Source of the DNA: Takakia lepidozioides
Lineage: Eukaryota > Plantae > Bryophyta
Reading direction: 5' to 3'
Assembly (NCBI GenBank): GCA_030704615.1
Contig: CM060734.1
Location: forward strand, 38,998,001 to 39,062,000
DNA: 64,000 bases
Below, in pieces: positions 24,321-37,455 of the stretch. The notes below the pieces were generated by a model that was not told the DNA's origin, did not search any database, and saw only the letters and a program-made list of their open reading frames with translations. Every line of letters begins with the position of its first letter. Positions within the stretch are counted from its first letter, which is position 1. Both the position numbers and the translations under genes were made by a program.

Positions 24321-24677
24321 TTCTCAGGAATATGTCATCTGTTGCTCCTCAATATCTACAGTAATTCAAACCACTCCCAACATCCGATAACAGCTTCAGA
24401 TGCCTACAGCCATTCATCCTTCCACAGTTTTTAGACAAGATTACCCGCTCTATCCTTCGTCTCTTCTAATATGAACCTCCGAAAGCAAGAACTCACAACA
24501 CTGTATCTCCATTGATCCATATGTGTATAGGGGTTTTCTTAATTCTTGACTGCTAGTTGCTACCCGTTTTTCATCCATCTACATACAAATATTTAAAGAT
24601 GGAACATATTTTCATCCAAATGTAACTTTCTACATCCATATACATGGTTCAGCGTTCCAACGTGCCCTAATTGAATC

Positions 24678-24717
<40 letters not shown>

Positions 24718-24963
24718 GCCTTCCCTAGAGCGCTGCACCTCTCTAGGGGTTTCTTGTTTTTCATCCAACTACATACAAATATTTAAAGATAGAACATATT
24801 TTCATCCAAATGTAGCTTTCTACATCCATGTACATGGTTCGCGTTCCAACGTGCCCTAATTGAATCCCTTCTCTCTCTCTCTCTCTTTCTCGTCGTCTTC
24901 TCCATCTCCAAGCCCTCGATGAATAACTAAACCTTTCACAGATCGAAGACCTCCAGACCTGCC
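24321..24963. promoter_or_regulatory. Bidirectional intergenic/promoter region with a ~150-bp tandem duplication ending in (CT)n
   Basis: 643 bp between divergent ATGs (24320 and 24964); units 24566-24723 and 24756-24900 are nearly identical. Confidence 0.7.
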
Positions 24964-27023
24964 ATGTCCAGATTTAGGGTAAGTCGTAATCTCGTGTTGT
25001 GATCTCATTCAGTCATGTTGTTTCTCGTTGTTCTGGTTGGGGATGCAAGATTAATATTTTTATTGCCCCCTCCACTCGGGACATCGGCGTAGTATTCTGA
25101 GAAGTAGCGTTTCATATTTTGTTTTGTTGGCATTGGAATCAATTCGAGGTGAATTGCAACCCTTGAAGCCCTTGCAGCCTTGTTGTTTGTGTGCAGAATG
25201 CTTTAGGTGGCTTACGTCCCGCGGTTACGCAAGGCCTTCGCTGGCGAGTCTTTGATGCAAAGGGACAGGTATGCTATTGGACTATCGTTTTTGAACCGGA
25301 ACCATCGCCGGGGAGCAGCATACTTTTGAGTTCCGATAGACTACTGCAATCATTGGATTTATTCAGTCTCTCCTACAGCTATACATTCTCACTATGCGTT
25401 TGCCTTTGATCTCATGATGTCTCATAATTGTTATTTACAATTCCAAAGTGCCAAGAGAGAGAGAGAGAGGGAGAGAGAGAGCGAGAGAGCAGTTCTCTGT
25501 AAACGTTTATAATGACCTATCCATGAGTGCGCAGTACCCTTCTGGGAAACTTCAGTTCACCATGGTTCTTGAGAATCAACCAGTGCACACCACCGACGAA
25601 TCCAGCTTCGTGCATTGATATTGACGTTACTAGAGAACATGAGGTTAGAATGCAGACAGGAAGAGAGAGGACGGTTCTTGCTGTGGCAGATGCGGTCCGG
25701 GCCATTTTGAGGGCAGGAGCAAGCAGCAGGGTAGATGTCAAGTTCTTGCCAGTGGCCCCTGGTTTACATATTTTGAAAGCTGATGTAAAAAGTGCTCATG
25801 CCCGCTGATGAAGTTGGTGAGCAGGTGTTGGGGAGGCTGGCATCACGGCTATCAATAGTGTTGCAGGGCAAGGATAAACCGACATATGCTCCCTATCGTG
25901 ATGATGGTGACATCTGCATTGTACTGAATGCAAAAGAAATAGGTCTTACTGGGAAAAAGCTCACCGACAAGCTGTACCACTGGCACACAGGGTAAGTTCA
26001 TGCCCTCTTTTTCAATCTTTTTGAGCCTATTGTGCTCATGAGCTGCATGGGGAAAGAGGATGGAATTGTACAAAAATGAGATCTGACTGCATAAGTTAGC
26101 ACCTTTTTCTCCCTGTCCCTATGTTTATAAAGTGCATGTTGTAGTCAGTGTCTGTTTGCAGTGCATTTACTGAACTGCCAAGGTCTTGTTCAACCAGGCT
26201 AAAAGAGTGACTCCCACCTATGTCTTTGATCAGGGCAAGACAAGTAAGATAAGGCACTCCTAATGGCATTGGTTCTTGTTGGAAACTCACTGGTCGGACC
26301 CTTGTTCGAGTATCTTTGCCTTGGGGGTTCAGTAGTGGAAGTGGGCTGTATAGGATTGCCTTTCAGGCTAAAAGTTGGGGTAACTGGAAATGGTGGCTTG
26401 TGCAGTTATATAGGCCATCTGAAGGAGAGGACTGTGAAGGAACAACTGCGAAGGGATCCTACAGAAGTCATTCGCAAGGCTGTTCTACGCATGCTCCCTG
26501 ATAACAAGCTTCGGGATGTCAGTACCTACACCCTTTAGGACCATGTCTTCCCAGGAACTAGTCATTGTAGCGAAAATATGTGAAAACTTTGGAGGGTAGT
26601 GCTGAAGCTAATGAGTGTTGGCTCTCCAAACATTTTGTTGCAGGTATGATGATCTCAAGAACCCACTTGTTTCCTCAGTTTGCAGGACATCTAACATGTC
26701 TTGTTGGTGAATTTTTCTGTGACTAAAAATCAATAAGTTTCAACAACATAGTCAGGCTGCTCTACCTAGATAGTGCATGTTTCTCCAGATATGTAAAATA
26801 CAGTTTCCATCATTCTCTGTTTCTATTTGTGGGGCATAAATTCTACTGTGTGATGTATTAACAGGATCGAGCAAGGAAGTTGCGAATTTTCGCAGATGAC
26901 AACCATCCATTTGCTAATGAGCCCTTGGATCCCTACGTCATGCCTCCCCGCAAAGTGCGTGAGATGCGGCCGCGAGAACGACGTGCTGCTGCCCGTGCTA
27001 AAAAACCTGTTGCCCGTGATTAG
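24964..27023 (+). CDS. RPL13: Organellar (mitochondrial-type) ribosomal protein uL13, 174 aa; exons 24964-24978, 25197-25268, 25825-25991, 26406-26517, 26865-27023
   Basis: WRVFDAKGQVLGRLAS...LQGKDKPTYAP..DDGD.CIVLNA...TGKKLTDK.Y.WHTGYIGHLKER...IRKAVLRMLP.NKLRD.R.RKLRIF; all introns GT-AG and phase-consistent. Confidence 0.93.
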
Positions 27024-27429
27024 AGAAATCCTTATTTAGCTAGCTGTAAGATTTTAGCCCAGTTCTTAAGATGTCCCATGGTGGGCTAGGATTTTCATAT
27101 CCCAATGTGAGAGGGCTGGTACCCTGGTGGAATAAAGAGATCTAGAAAATGAGGAGTTTGGTTTGGTTGGCAGCAGATTTTTTAGTGATGGTGTTGTGTT
27201 TTTGTGTTGGCATAGAGAGATGATGCTGACCAAAGTCAGCTTAAAGAAGAGACTCTTCCCGTTGCAGGTACTGTCCCCTTTTCGGGGTTTGGTGTGTTGG
27301 CTTACATTATACTCCTGGCTTATTTGTCAGGCAGGAGTGTGTTTCCTGGAGATGTGGATCTTCCATTTGGTACTTTGTGATCCTTATTCAGTAGCGTTGT
27401 TTATCATTGTAAGAAGTTCTCTGAACGTA

Positions 27430-27700
27430 TAAATCTGAATGGAACTGAATACAATGGAACGCAATGTGATAGATCTGAAGGGAACTGAATACAATGGAAC
27501 TCACTGTCATAGATCTAAGGGGAACTGACATAAGGGAACTCAACTGAAGGGAAGTGAATATAATGGAGCTGAAGGGATAAATCTGAAGGGAGCTGGATGT
27601 AATGGAACTCAAAGTGATAGAACTGAAGGGAAGTGAATATAATGGAGCTGAAATGATAAATCTGAAGGGAACTGGATGTAATGGAACTCAATGTTAAATC
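27430..27700. repeat. Degenerate minisatellite (GGAACTGAA/ATCTGAAGG units)
   Basis: Repeated aatggaact/ctgaaggga/gataaatctga motifs; related reverse-complement tract at ~45970-46190. Confidence 0.75.
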
Positions 27701-28013
27701 TTGGTAGAAATTGCCCTCCAACTCACACTATTTCAATAAAGAATTACAAGTAATTCTCCAATGAGAACTTTCCTCTTTATCAGAATTAGGCTAATAATTC
27801 AATCTCCTTACGTTCAATCTTCTCTAAAAACCTCCCAAAATATGTCTCTTTAGGAAGCTTGTCTTGTACAGTTTGTATCATATTCTTTAACTGGTATTTC
27901 TTCATAAAACATCTAAACAATTGGAACAAACTTTGGCATTTGACTTTCATTTTCCTGGACGTTGCACTACGGTTTCATCTATACGATCTAGTGTTGTACA
28001 CTATAGTTGTGCA

Positions 28014-29200
28014 TTAATTACCATCAATGCCATTAGGGCAAATATATGAGGGAGGACCTATACTTCCATCCCAATTGATGTTTGGACCTTGGCATGTTCC
28101 TTCCCAGCATGAAACCGGAATCTTGTTACCATCATAGTTATGTTCAATTGTGCCCCCATTGATAACATTCACAACAAAATCCGGGACATAGTTGTAGCCG
28201 ATGATATTTGGGATCAAACTTGCAGCTTTAGATGGTGAAAGTGCATTGTATTCTGCAGGTATTACTACACCTGCAAAATTCGATATCCAAGTTATAATGT
28301 CCCCATTGTGGAACATAGAAGCAAGGTCGTTTAGGATGGAACTAATTTCTTTTAGAGTTGATGCTACTTCCACCTCCGTCAAATCAATTTGATACTTCAA
28401 TATGGCAAATGGTGTTGTTGCACATCGATCTTTATGCGGATAATTGTTCGAGCCCGAATTCACCATAGTACAATCAGACGTTTGCCAGTTGCAACATGTA
28501 TAGGTGCCAGCAGATACTATAGCTTTGAAGGATGTGTCCGTCACACCGGGAGCTGTAGTCACAAAAGCAAATTAAAATATGAATGTGAAGATATGGTAAC
28601 ATGCAATATTGATATCATTTATGGAGCTGAAGATGCAATAGTAATGACATATCCTTTTCTCGAAGTAGAATATAGATATATTAGAAACAATTCCGAACTT
28701 TGACATCTAACTGTCTTTCCTAATACTTTGTGTGGTAGATCTCAAACCTATAAGCAAAGTGGTAAAAAATAATTTGATCACTTCTTTACCAATCTAAATG
28801 GTTCGAAATTCTTGTAGCTCACGATGAGTGTGGATTTTAGTGTATGATACATTGTCCAACATACAATAAGTAGAGACCTCTTTCAATTTAACTAGTCTAT
28901 TCAACACGACCAAACGTGATTGACCATGGACCTTCTCCTATGTATGTGGAGTGGAGTACAGCCTTGACATTAACCATTGCCAACTATTTAGAAAGATTAC
29001 AAACTCTACAATATTTTGCATTTTCACGTGGGTCTCAAACTCATGATCACTCGTAACTTAATCATCACCTGTAGGACGCTGATGTCGTAGGAGGCAAGGT
29101 TGTACACACAGTAAGCAGACGCCCCTTTCAACAAAACTGGCGTCAGAAGCATGATCAAGTAGAGAGAAGCATTCATTATAAGATGAAACATTGGTGCCAT
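28014..29200 (-). pseudogene. Second copy of the secreted Cys-rich gene, frameshifted; exons 29200-29069 and 28552-28014
   Basis: A 2-nt TG insertion at the start of exon 2 (CTC CCG GTG TGA vs CTC CCG GTG ACG in copy 1) creates an immediate stop with the orthologous splice acceptor. Confidence 0.75.
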
Positions 29201-30859
29201 GATTAATAGTTGCAACAGGTTACGGGTAGTGCAATAAACTCTTTCTAATTTGGACAAGATTTTATGTTCCTCCCCCTTGAAGTATTAAATCTTGAGAGGC
29301 CACATGCACACTTGTAAAATGCACTCACACAAATGCGTTGATAGATGTGGGTGTTGAGTGACCACATCTAGATTTATACCTCCTTATATGCATGACAGAC
29401 AAATTGTACTATTAATGGATGTAAAATTGTATTGCCGCATTAATAGTTTGTGGATGTGTCAACATATGACAACTTGGTAATGACACGTGATGCGCAAACC
29501 GTATATGACTGTGTGTGTGCATTGTCCCAAGTACAAATGTGATTATGTGTTGTATGCAAACGGGTTGTGGGTGCATAAAAGTCAAAAATTGAGGGGTTAT
29601 ACTTTTGGGTAGAAAAATTTGTTGTGTTGGTTACGCATGTACTAGGCACATCTAAACTTAAAAGACATGTGTTTGATTTCGGCATTCGTAACTGATTTAG
29701 TGTCCCAAAAGTAGCTAAATAGCTTGTGATGAATAAAATATAGACTTGGTCAATTTTATTTATATGTGGGTCTTGGTATGGACTGTGCGCAAATGAGACT
29801 TCAGCTTTGTGTTGCCTTGGTAAAGATTGTGGATAGGATGTGGTTTTGACGGGGTTGATGTGTGGAGGGTGAGCCAAAATGATGCATATTAGCGATGTGG
29901 ACATGGATGTTCATATCAAGTATTGGGTCGACTGCGCCGTTAGCATGGACTAGGAGATTGGCGGCCTTATTGTCTTGTACTATGCGTGTGTATGGTATTC
30001 AAATGATGTACTGTAATTTGTATCAAGGGTCAACCGGAATAAACATGGGTGCGCCGTTGGCGTGGACTAAGAGATCGGCGGCCTTGTTATACTTGTACTA
30101 TATTGTTTGTGGAGGTGATGTGTGATGTATTTATGTACTAGTAACTACAACATAGCCCGGCTTTCATGACTGAAAGGTTGTGGCGGCAATGGCTTTTTAG
30201 TCTACGTTTATGACTGCGACTCATAAAAGCTAAAAATTTTGCTATTCCGCAGAAATATAGTCGTGGTTGTGTCTACACGTCTACGAAAATATGGAGGGTC
30301 GGTCAACGTCATTTGATCGTACCAACATTTTGAAAATATATAACTACTAGTATTGGTCGTGTCTATGAACTGTAGGAAAAGATGATGTGGCATTAGGTTT
30401 CAGTCATCTTTGCTATTAACAGTCATTTAGCATAATTTTTAATTAAAAACAGTAAATATTTTATAATTTAGAAATTGTAAGCTTTTTAGGCTAAGAATGA
30501 CGGATGTGGTATCGTGGCATGCTATGATTGTAGGATAGACACATTGGGATGCAAGAACGGTGAAGGAGAGAAAGATGTTGTTAAGTGTGGGAGGGGGCTC
30601 GTGAAGTGAAAGAGAGGGATGTTGTGAAGTGCAAGAGCATTGTTGATGTACACCAAGTTTAGAGTTTAGGGTTTAAGGTTTATTTGGACCTTGAACGCAC
30701 TTTGATCACATGGAATATATATATATATATAAGACACCTCCCAAAGGAAGGAAGCGTAATTAATGGTGTCAATGGACACTTTTCTGACACCAATCAGTGG
30801 ATTGAACTCACACCCACTTCCGAGGTGGTAGGTGCCCATTACCACTGGGCATAACTTGG

Positions 30860-31110
30860 TTGTCCATCCCATAGAATATTATGATCATGCCAAGATTTAA
30901 CAAGCACAAGTGTGGTAGGAATGTCCTTGGAGACATATGTGAGCAAACGATAGGGAGGGTTGGAATGGCGTTGGTTTGTATTTGCAATGCATGTGTGAGC
31001 TTGGCAATTTTGGAAAAAGGCAAAGCGATCCATGATGACATCGTCAAAGCTGGAATTGTATCATACGTCTTTTTGAACAGTGCCTTGGTGGACATGTAAG
31101 CCAAGTGCAA
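30860..31110 (+). pseudogene. PLS-class PPR gene fragment (duplicate)
   Basis: ORF 30881..31099 ends ICNACVSLAILEKGKAIHDDIVKAGIVSYVFLNSALVDM, then *AKC. Confidence 0.75.
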
Positions 31111-31122
31111 TCATTTTGGCAT

Positions 31123-32780
31123 GTTTTTTTTTTTAAATTTAGTAGAAAGATCGGAGGGAGACCTTAAGACTTTATTTGTATAGAGGAAAAAATAACCTCA
31201 CATGACATGCCATGGAGGCTGATGAAGGGGACACCGCCCCATGACCAAAGGACAAAATGAAAGGGCAGTGATTAAACTTCCAGATGTAGCATGGAAAGTG
31301 CTTAGAGTAGGAGTCAAGGATCCCTTCTTTTGCGCTTGGAAGGCTCAAAGGAAAGCTGCCAGGCTCTTGATTTCCCTTTCCTGAAGCTACGGCGGTGCCT
31401 CCAATTGGTATCGGATTCATCCCCCTCGACAGAGGAGAGGCAAGTGCTAATTGAGCTGCCAACCCGGTGGGAGGTGGTCATTCCACCTGACAGTGGTATC
31501 GGAGGTTCTGCTGCACAAACAACCACCCTTCGCAGCTAGGTGTTGTCAAAGCCAAAAAGTAACTGGAGTATTCTCGTCTCGGAGCATGATCTGGAAATAA
31601 CTGCACAGAGGACAACCCACGCCTTTTTGGGCTCAGACATAATGTCTGAGTGAACTCTAAACAAGATAACTTTCACACAGCTCCTCTTTCCCTCAAAAAT
31701 CAATGATCAACATCTAGCTCTCCAAATATTCCACTGAGCATGGGCACGTAACGCTGCCCAAACTGGACAGAGACTCCACAGACCCTGTGAGTTTGCATTT
31801 AACAGTAGAGTGACGGGGAGAGCAGAGCAGACCGGGTTCCACAAAGGCATGAAAAAAAAGCACCAAATGCCAAACATGAGCTGGAACAAAGCAGTATAAC
31901 AAACAGTGTTTCATAGTTTCTGGAGTAAGAGATTGACATCCGATACAAGAAATGAAGGAGGACACCGGAAGGATTCGATTCACAAGCTTCCAGAGGAATC
32001 CGTTTCAAATTTTTGCACCTTTGTCCTTCCTCAAGATGTCAGCCCAAATATCTTTCCATGGCAGGTCGAAGTGTGTGACATGACGCCACTTAGTTCCATT
32101 TAGCAAACATCGGGACAAGGGGGTTCATGAGTGAGTAGCCCATTTTGATAGAGAAGGAGAAAAATGGATCGTGCTTCTTGGTCATCCAAGCCCATTCCCC
32201 TGGGTCGCACTGAGCGATTTTCAAGGGCGCATGCAGGAACCACTTGAAAGTTCCAGAGTAGAGAGAGATGTCCACGGGTGGAACAGGATTCACCTTACCA
32301 AAGGCCAAGCAAAAATTTACCCTGATAGCATATAAGGGGGCTTAAAGGGTAGAAGTCCAAAGAGGGCAAACAAATTACCTAGACAATCCGAGCTAAACCT
32401 CTATCCTGAAAGAGCAGGCCTTGATCTAGAGGTAGCAAACAAGACAAAAGCAGAAGAACCATTTGATCCACCTAGCCAGGCAGGGAGACAGGAACAATTC
32501 AAGGGGAGGGAGCAGAGGGAGATCCAATTATGAGGAATGTTTTGAGAGATGAGATCCCACACCGTCGCCCTTGTGGAAGAAAGGGATGAGGTGAATGTGT
32601 TGGTGGGATGAAACGTCCAGAATCCCATATATGAGTGAAATGGGAGACTCCAACAGACTCCCATGCTGCCCATGCATTCAAGCTTTTGAGGAGGACCTCA
32701 GAATCAGCATTGTAGTTGAGAAGGATGGGTTGTCTTAGAGCCTCGTCCATGGAGGAAGAGGATCTCTGGAATAAAGACGG
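31123..32780 (-). mobile_element. Degenerate L1-type LINE 3' fragment
   Basis: Post-RT region (LRQPILLN...AWESVGVSHFTHIWD), zf-RVT CIGC..ETMKHCLLYC, T-run (A-tail) at 31123-31134; many stops. Confidence 0.7.
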
Positions 32781-34276
32781 TTGACAGACACTTGATCTTC
32801 AGCTGATTGGCCTGATCACCATCCAACTAATTATCTTCTCCTACTAGTACCCCGACGTACTACATGGACTCCATATACCTAACTCGACACAATCAAAGAG
32901 TATGACAACTCCAAAAGTTTCTCCTATCACACCCCACCTCTAGATGGTTCAATCTCATCAACGCCGACACATTCTAAGGCCAACCACAGTCCACGAGATC
33001 ACACAGTCCTACATTGGCTCTTACCTTGAAAATGCTCCACCTACTTGTGCCACTACTTGGCACGGCTTTGCCATGATATATTACTTGTCCAAAGGCTCCT
33101 TGTCTCCTCGAGTACACGACTAGACCATGCCCTTCTCTTACTATCCATATAGTTGAATTCACATTTTGCCATGACCCTACCTAGACCAATAAATTCTTAG
33201 AAAAAAAGAAAAATACGACCCACTCATTCTGGCCCTCCACCATCATGGATGGAACATCGCCCCACTAACTCTTATTACTGCATGGATCCGAGGGGGGCGC
33301 TCATAACCACAAGATTAATGCTCTACATCAAAACCTAAAACTATCTCGTACTAAGGCCCCGGCCGCACCTGGCTGCTAAGCGGCTTGCTAAGCTAGCTAC
33401 CAGCCGTTAACGGCGTGGTGACGGCCGCACTTGCCCGTTACAACCCCCGCTAGTTAGCGGGCTCCTAGCTGCTGTTAAAGCTGACGTAGGGGTTCCTCCG
33501 AAATTTAGCACGTCCTCCCCCAAGGTGGTAAATCGCGGTCACCAACTAAAAATCGGGCAGTCGATCTTGCGCGCAACAGAGGTATGCAGCGACTCCCCTT
33601 CCCTGCGATCTCTTCCTTGCGATCTCTCCCTTTCTCCCTCCCTGCCCCTCTTCCCTCTCTCTCTGCCTCCCTCTCTTTCATCATCTCTCTCAATCCATCT
33701 CCTTCTATTCTTGTTCTTTCTTGTTTTTTGTTTTTGTTTTTGGTTGTTTGTGTATTCATGGGGTGGGTGACTGCACAGCAAGGAGCGCGGGGCGGGCGCG
33801 AGCAAGTCACCGGCGACCGCAGCTCAGTCAATGCAACTCGTTCGCAATTCAGTGAGTGCCATTTACATAGTGCTTTGTGCTTTCCACATGGAGTGCTTTG
33901 TGGCTGGTGCAATGGGCTTCCCTCCTGTTGTTCTTGTGGTCTCCACTGTTGGCGTCAGGCTTGAATTGAGGAATTGATCCACGCTCATTCTTTGGGCAGC
34001 TGTTGGCTAGGCTTGTTGTTGGTTTCTTCTGTTTGAGAGGTGCTGGGTCAATTGCCATGTTGTATATGTACAGGTGGTTGTCCGGTTGTATTGATTTATT
34101 GTCACTTGCCATTAAAGTGGGTTAAATGACAATGAACATCATTGTTGGGTCTACTTAGTGGCTGGCTTACAATATCTGAAGCAAACATCCAAGCCAAGAA
34201 CGATAGCAGATAGTGAAATGTCCAGGGATGGTGTGATTGACTTAAAAACTGATGAGGTCCAAACTTGCCAAAACAG

Positions 34277-36500
34277 ATTGTACTCATAAGACGTTGTTTG
34301 CCATAGCCTTGTGGCCATTGACCCCGTGCCCAGTTTGAGTGGGAACAAAAGGAACAGAACCTACCTCCGTCAGGGGCTGATGTTGGTAGTAAGACTTACC
34401 ATCATATAAGGAATTAATCCGGGTTTTCCAGATATCCTCTAGAAAACCCTTCACACAAGCATCAATATGTGTGTGATTTGCCCAAAAACTAGGCCTCAGG
34501 AGGGCCTGGGCTTTTGGCTCAGCCTCGAGACTTTCAAAGTTGGTAAACAGGGGTACAGGCACAATTCCCTTGATAGAATTGAAGAGAGCGTCTCCTTGGT
34601 GAGAGAACCCCGGACAGTGTATCAGAAAGTGAATACTGTCTTCAGATTGCCCACACAGCGGGCAATTGCACTCTCCCTTTCCTCTCTGCTTCTGTTTGCT
34701 GTTCAAAGGTAGGCTTCCTGCCCCGAGTTTAAATTTCAGTCTAGTGCCGAGAGTGGGTAGACCCTTGAGGTCATCCAAGATGTCCTCCCCCATGTCACTG
34801 ACTGGAAACCAACCCTTATGTTTGCGGATGACTTCGCAGGCATAGGGGAGACTCCAACCAATCTCCAGGAGTTGATTGATTGCGCGAAGAGATACTTTGA
34901 TCTTTGGGGGCTAGAGGCTAATGTCAGCAAATGTGCAGTGGTAGCATTCAACGACAGAGGAGAGGGAGGAAGTGATCTTAAGTGGCAGTGGGGTAGCCAA
35001 GAGATCCCGGTCATCCAAGATGTCCTCCCCTCCTACATTTCGTCCTTAAGCTCCCGACCAGATGAATTCAAGGTCAGATGGTGGGGTCAGCTGCAGCATA
35101 TGCCCAACACCAGATATCCTAAGTTAATCGACTCCATATCTTGGAAACAGGACCGCCCTGTCAAACAGGCTAAGTCTTGGCAGAAGAGAGTAGAAGAGAT
35201 TCTCAAGGACCTGGACCTGGATCCGCAAGCCTTGACCCTGCTGGATAAATCTGACTTAGAGGCTGTAGTGTCTGAAGCCATGTCTGTTGCCATGAGATTG
35301 TCTGATGAAAATGAAGTTAGGTAGAGAACTTCCCTGAACTTGTTTCCAGTCAGTGACATGGGGTGGGACATCTTGGATGACCGGGATCTCTTGGCTACCC
35401 CACTGCCACTTAAGATCACTTCCTCCCTCTCCTCTGTCGTTGAATGCTACCACTGCACATTTGCTAACATTAGCCTCTAGCCCCCAAAGATCAAAGTATC
35501 TCTTCGCGCAATCAATCAACTCCTGGAGATTGGTTGGAGTCTCCCCTATGCCTGCAAAGTCATCCGCAAACATAAGGGCTGGCATGGTGGTATCACCCAC
35601 CCTTAACCCAAATCCTTCACTTTCCACATCCTCGAGGAGTTGATTGATGAAAACATTGAAGAGCAGAGGGGAGAGAGTACATCCTTGAGCTACACCTTGG
35701 TCTATGTCAAAGAAGTTGGACTTCTGTCCGTTAACAGTGACACAGCTTTTGGTGTGAGCATACAAGTTGTGGACAACTCTCCACATCTTTCCCTTGATTC
35801 CACAAGACCAGAGGCGGAACCATAGGCCATCTCTCCACACTGTGTCATAAGCCTTTTTGACATCCAGGAAAAAAACATAAGTGGGTTTCCCTTCTTTTTT
35901 CCTTCCCTGAATAATCTGGCTTAGAGTGAAGATATGATCCACACAGCCCCTGTTTCGCCGAAAGCCAGCTTGGCCTTCGTGGAAACAACCTCTAGACTCC
36001 AGATCAACCTCGAAACGAGTACTTATAACTCTACAGAATGTCTTGCCAACAGCATTGAGGAGCGTGATGCCACGGTAGTTCCCCGGTTCTTCTCTGTCAC
36101 CCTTCTTGTATAGACTGACAATGACCCCCTGTCGCCAGCGAAAGGGGATCATTTCAGACTTCCAGATAAGGTTAAAGAGGAGAACTAGGGCCTCTATCAT
36201 GGGATCGCCACCGTGCTTGAGCTCGTTGACAATACCATCAGGTCCACCAGCTTTATATCCATTTAAATGTTCAATTGCTTCCACAATCTCAGAAGAACTA
36301 ATGGGAGCGTTATAAGCCATTGAAATATACTCCAATTCATCAGGGCTGTTTTGAATCATAGGAACAATTTTTCCAACTGTGTCCCTCCATTCAGCAGAAG
36401 ACCCCTCACTGTTAGACCTAGAAGTTCTGCCAAGGATACTGTAGTGGTTTTCAAAGGTTTTGACAATGTCAACCGATGAAGTCACCACTGCACCTTTAGA
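34277..36500 (-). mobile_element. 5'-truncated RTE-X-like LINE nested in the Harbinger element, with a complex internal inversion/duplication (34809-35380)
   Basis: RT in ORF 35256..36776 (LDVKKAYD, MFADD), CCHC and 3' end in 34284..34793, plus-strand pieces in ORF 34818..35324. Confidence 0.9.
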
Positions 36501-37455
36501 TATGCCCAATAGAGACAGACAGACAGCAACAGAGACTAGAGTAGCACGATTACTCATTTCAAGTTTAAATTGGAAAAAATACCTCAGCTTGCCGACAACC
36601 TGCCAATGTTGCTGCCTGGACCAGTGCTCTTGCAATAGGGTGGGATGTTGTCCGCTCAACACCAGCAGCCAAAGACAGCAAATCCCTCTCTGTCCATTTT
36701 GGAGCTCTGGGACATGAGAACCAATATCCCACCTAAGAAAACGGAAAGTGACATAGGGGCACACGAAGAACATCATGCCCTTATTGCAACAACATTCCAG
36801 GACAGCACATGCAAATGGTGGCTACAAATTATTCAGCAAGACTCTCTTGTAGTTCTAGGTTGTCAAATGGATTTCTCTAAAGATCTCTTCCTTTTTCTCT
36901 CTTTCTCAGGGCCCCGTGTGGGCATTGTCAAGTTTCTTCATTCTTTCACTTGCCTTCCAGAATATACAGCAACTGGAAGTGCACAGCCCCACATGCCCCA
37001 TCTCACCAGTACAGTGTAGGTATCAGAATCAGTGTTCTACTATGTTATGTTGTTTACTCCGTGATCCAATTGTCCATGGCTAAGCAATTTCCGAACCCAG
37101 ATGATTTGAAGTCCACTGTCAACTCAGTGTTAGTATCCCACAGGGACTATACACTATTGGCCAAAGTCCTCATGGAAAGCCCTCTCTTGGGTCCACTGGT
37201 TTTTAAGGGTCTTCTATGCAGCGGTTGCTAGATGTGCTACTTTGTCCCATGGGTCCTTGGGGGCTCCCTGTGGACTTTATACAGATTCTTTCTTCCTCAT
37301 GCAACGGTTTGGTTTGTTATTTGGTTTCTGGTGTTCTAGTGTGTCCCATCACCCCTTTGACCTCCCTTGGACATAACAATGTTCTTCTTTCTTCTTCTCT
37401 TTCTATATGTTTGGAAGCTGAAAGTGGGGGGTTGGGGGGCGCAGCAAAGTCCACC

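Larger units (their letters stand above)
27705..31950 (-). repeat. Right arm of the ~4.2-kb inverted duplication (partner 9919-14125)
   Basis: See left arm. Confidence 0.95.

Noticed and set aside
32782-33351. Possible solo LTR split by the Harbinger (continuing 43456-43890)
   Set aside because: No convincing TG...CA pair or TSD found.
35256-36776. 506-aa ORF as an intact gene
   Set aside because: Chimeric: flanking sequence fused to truncated LINE RT, ending in an inverted segment.
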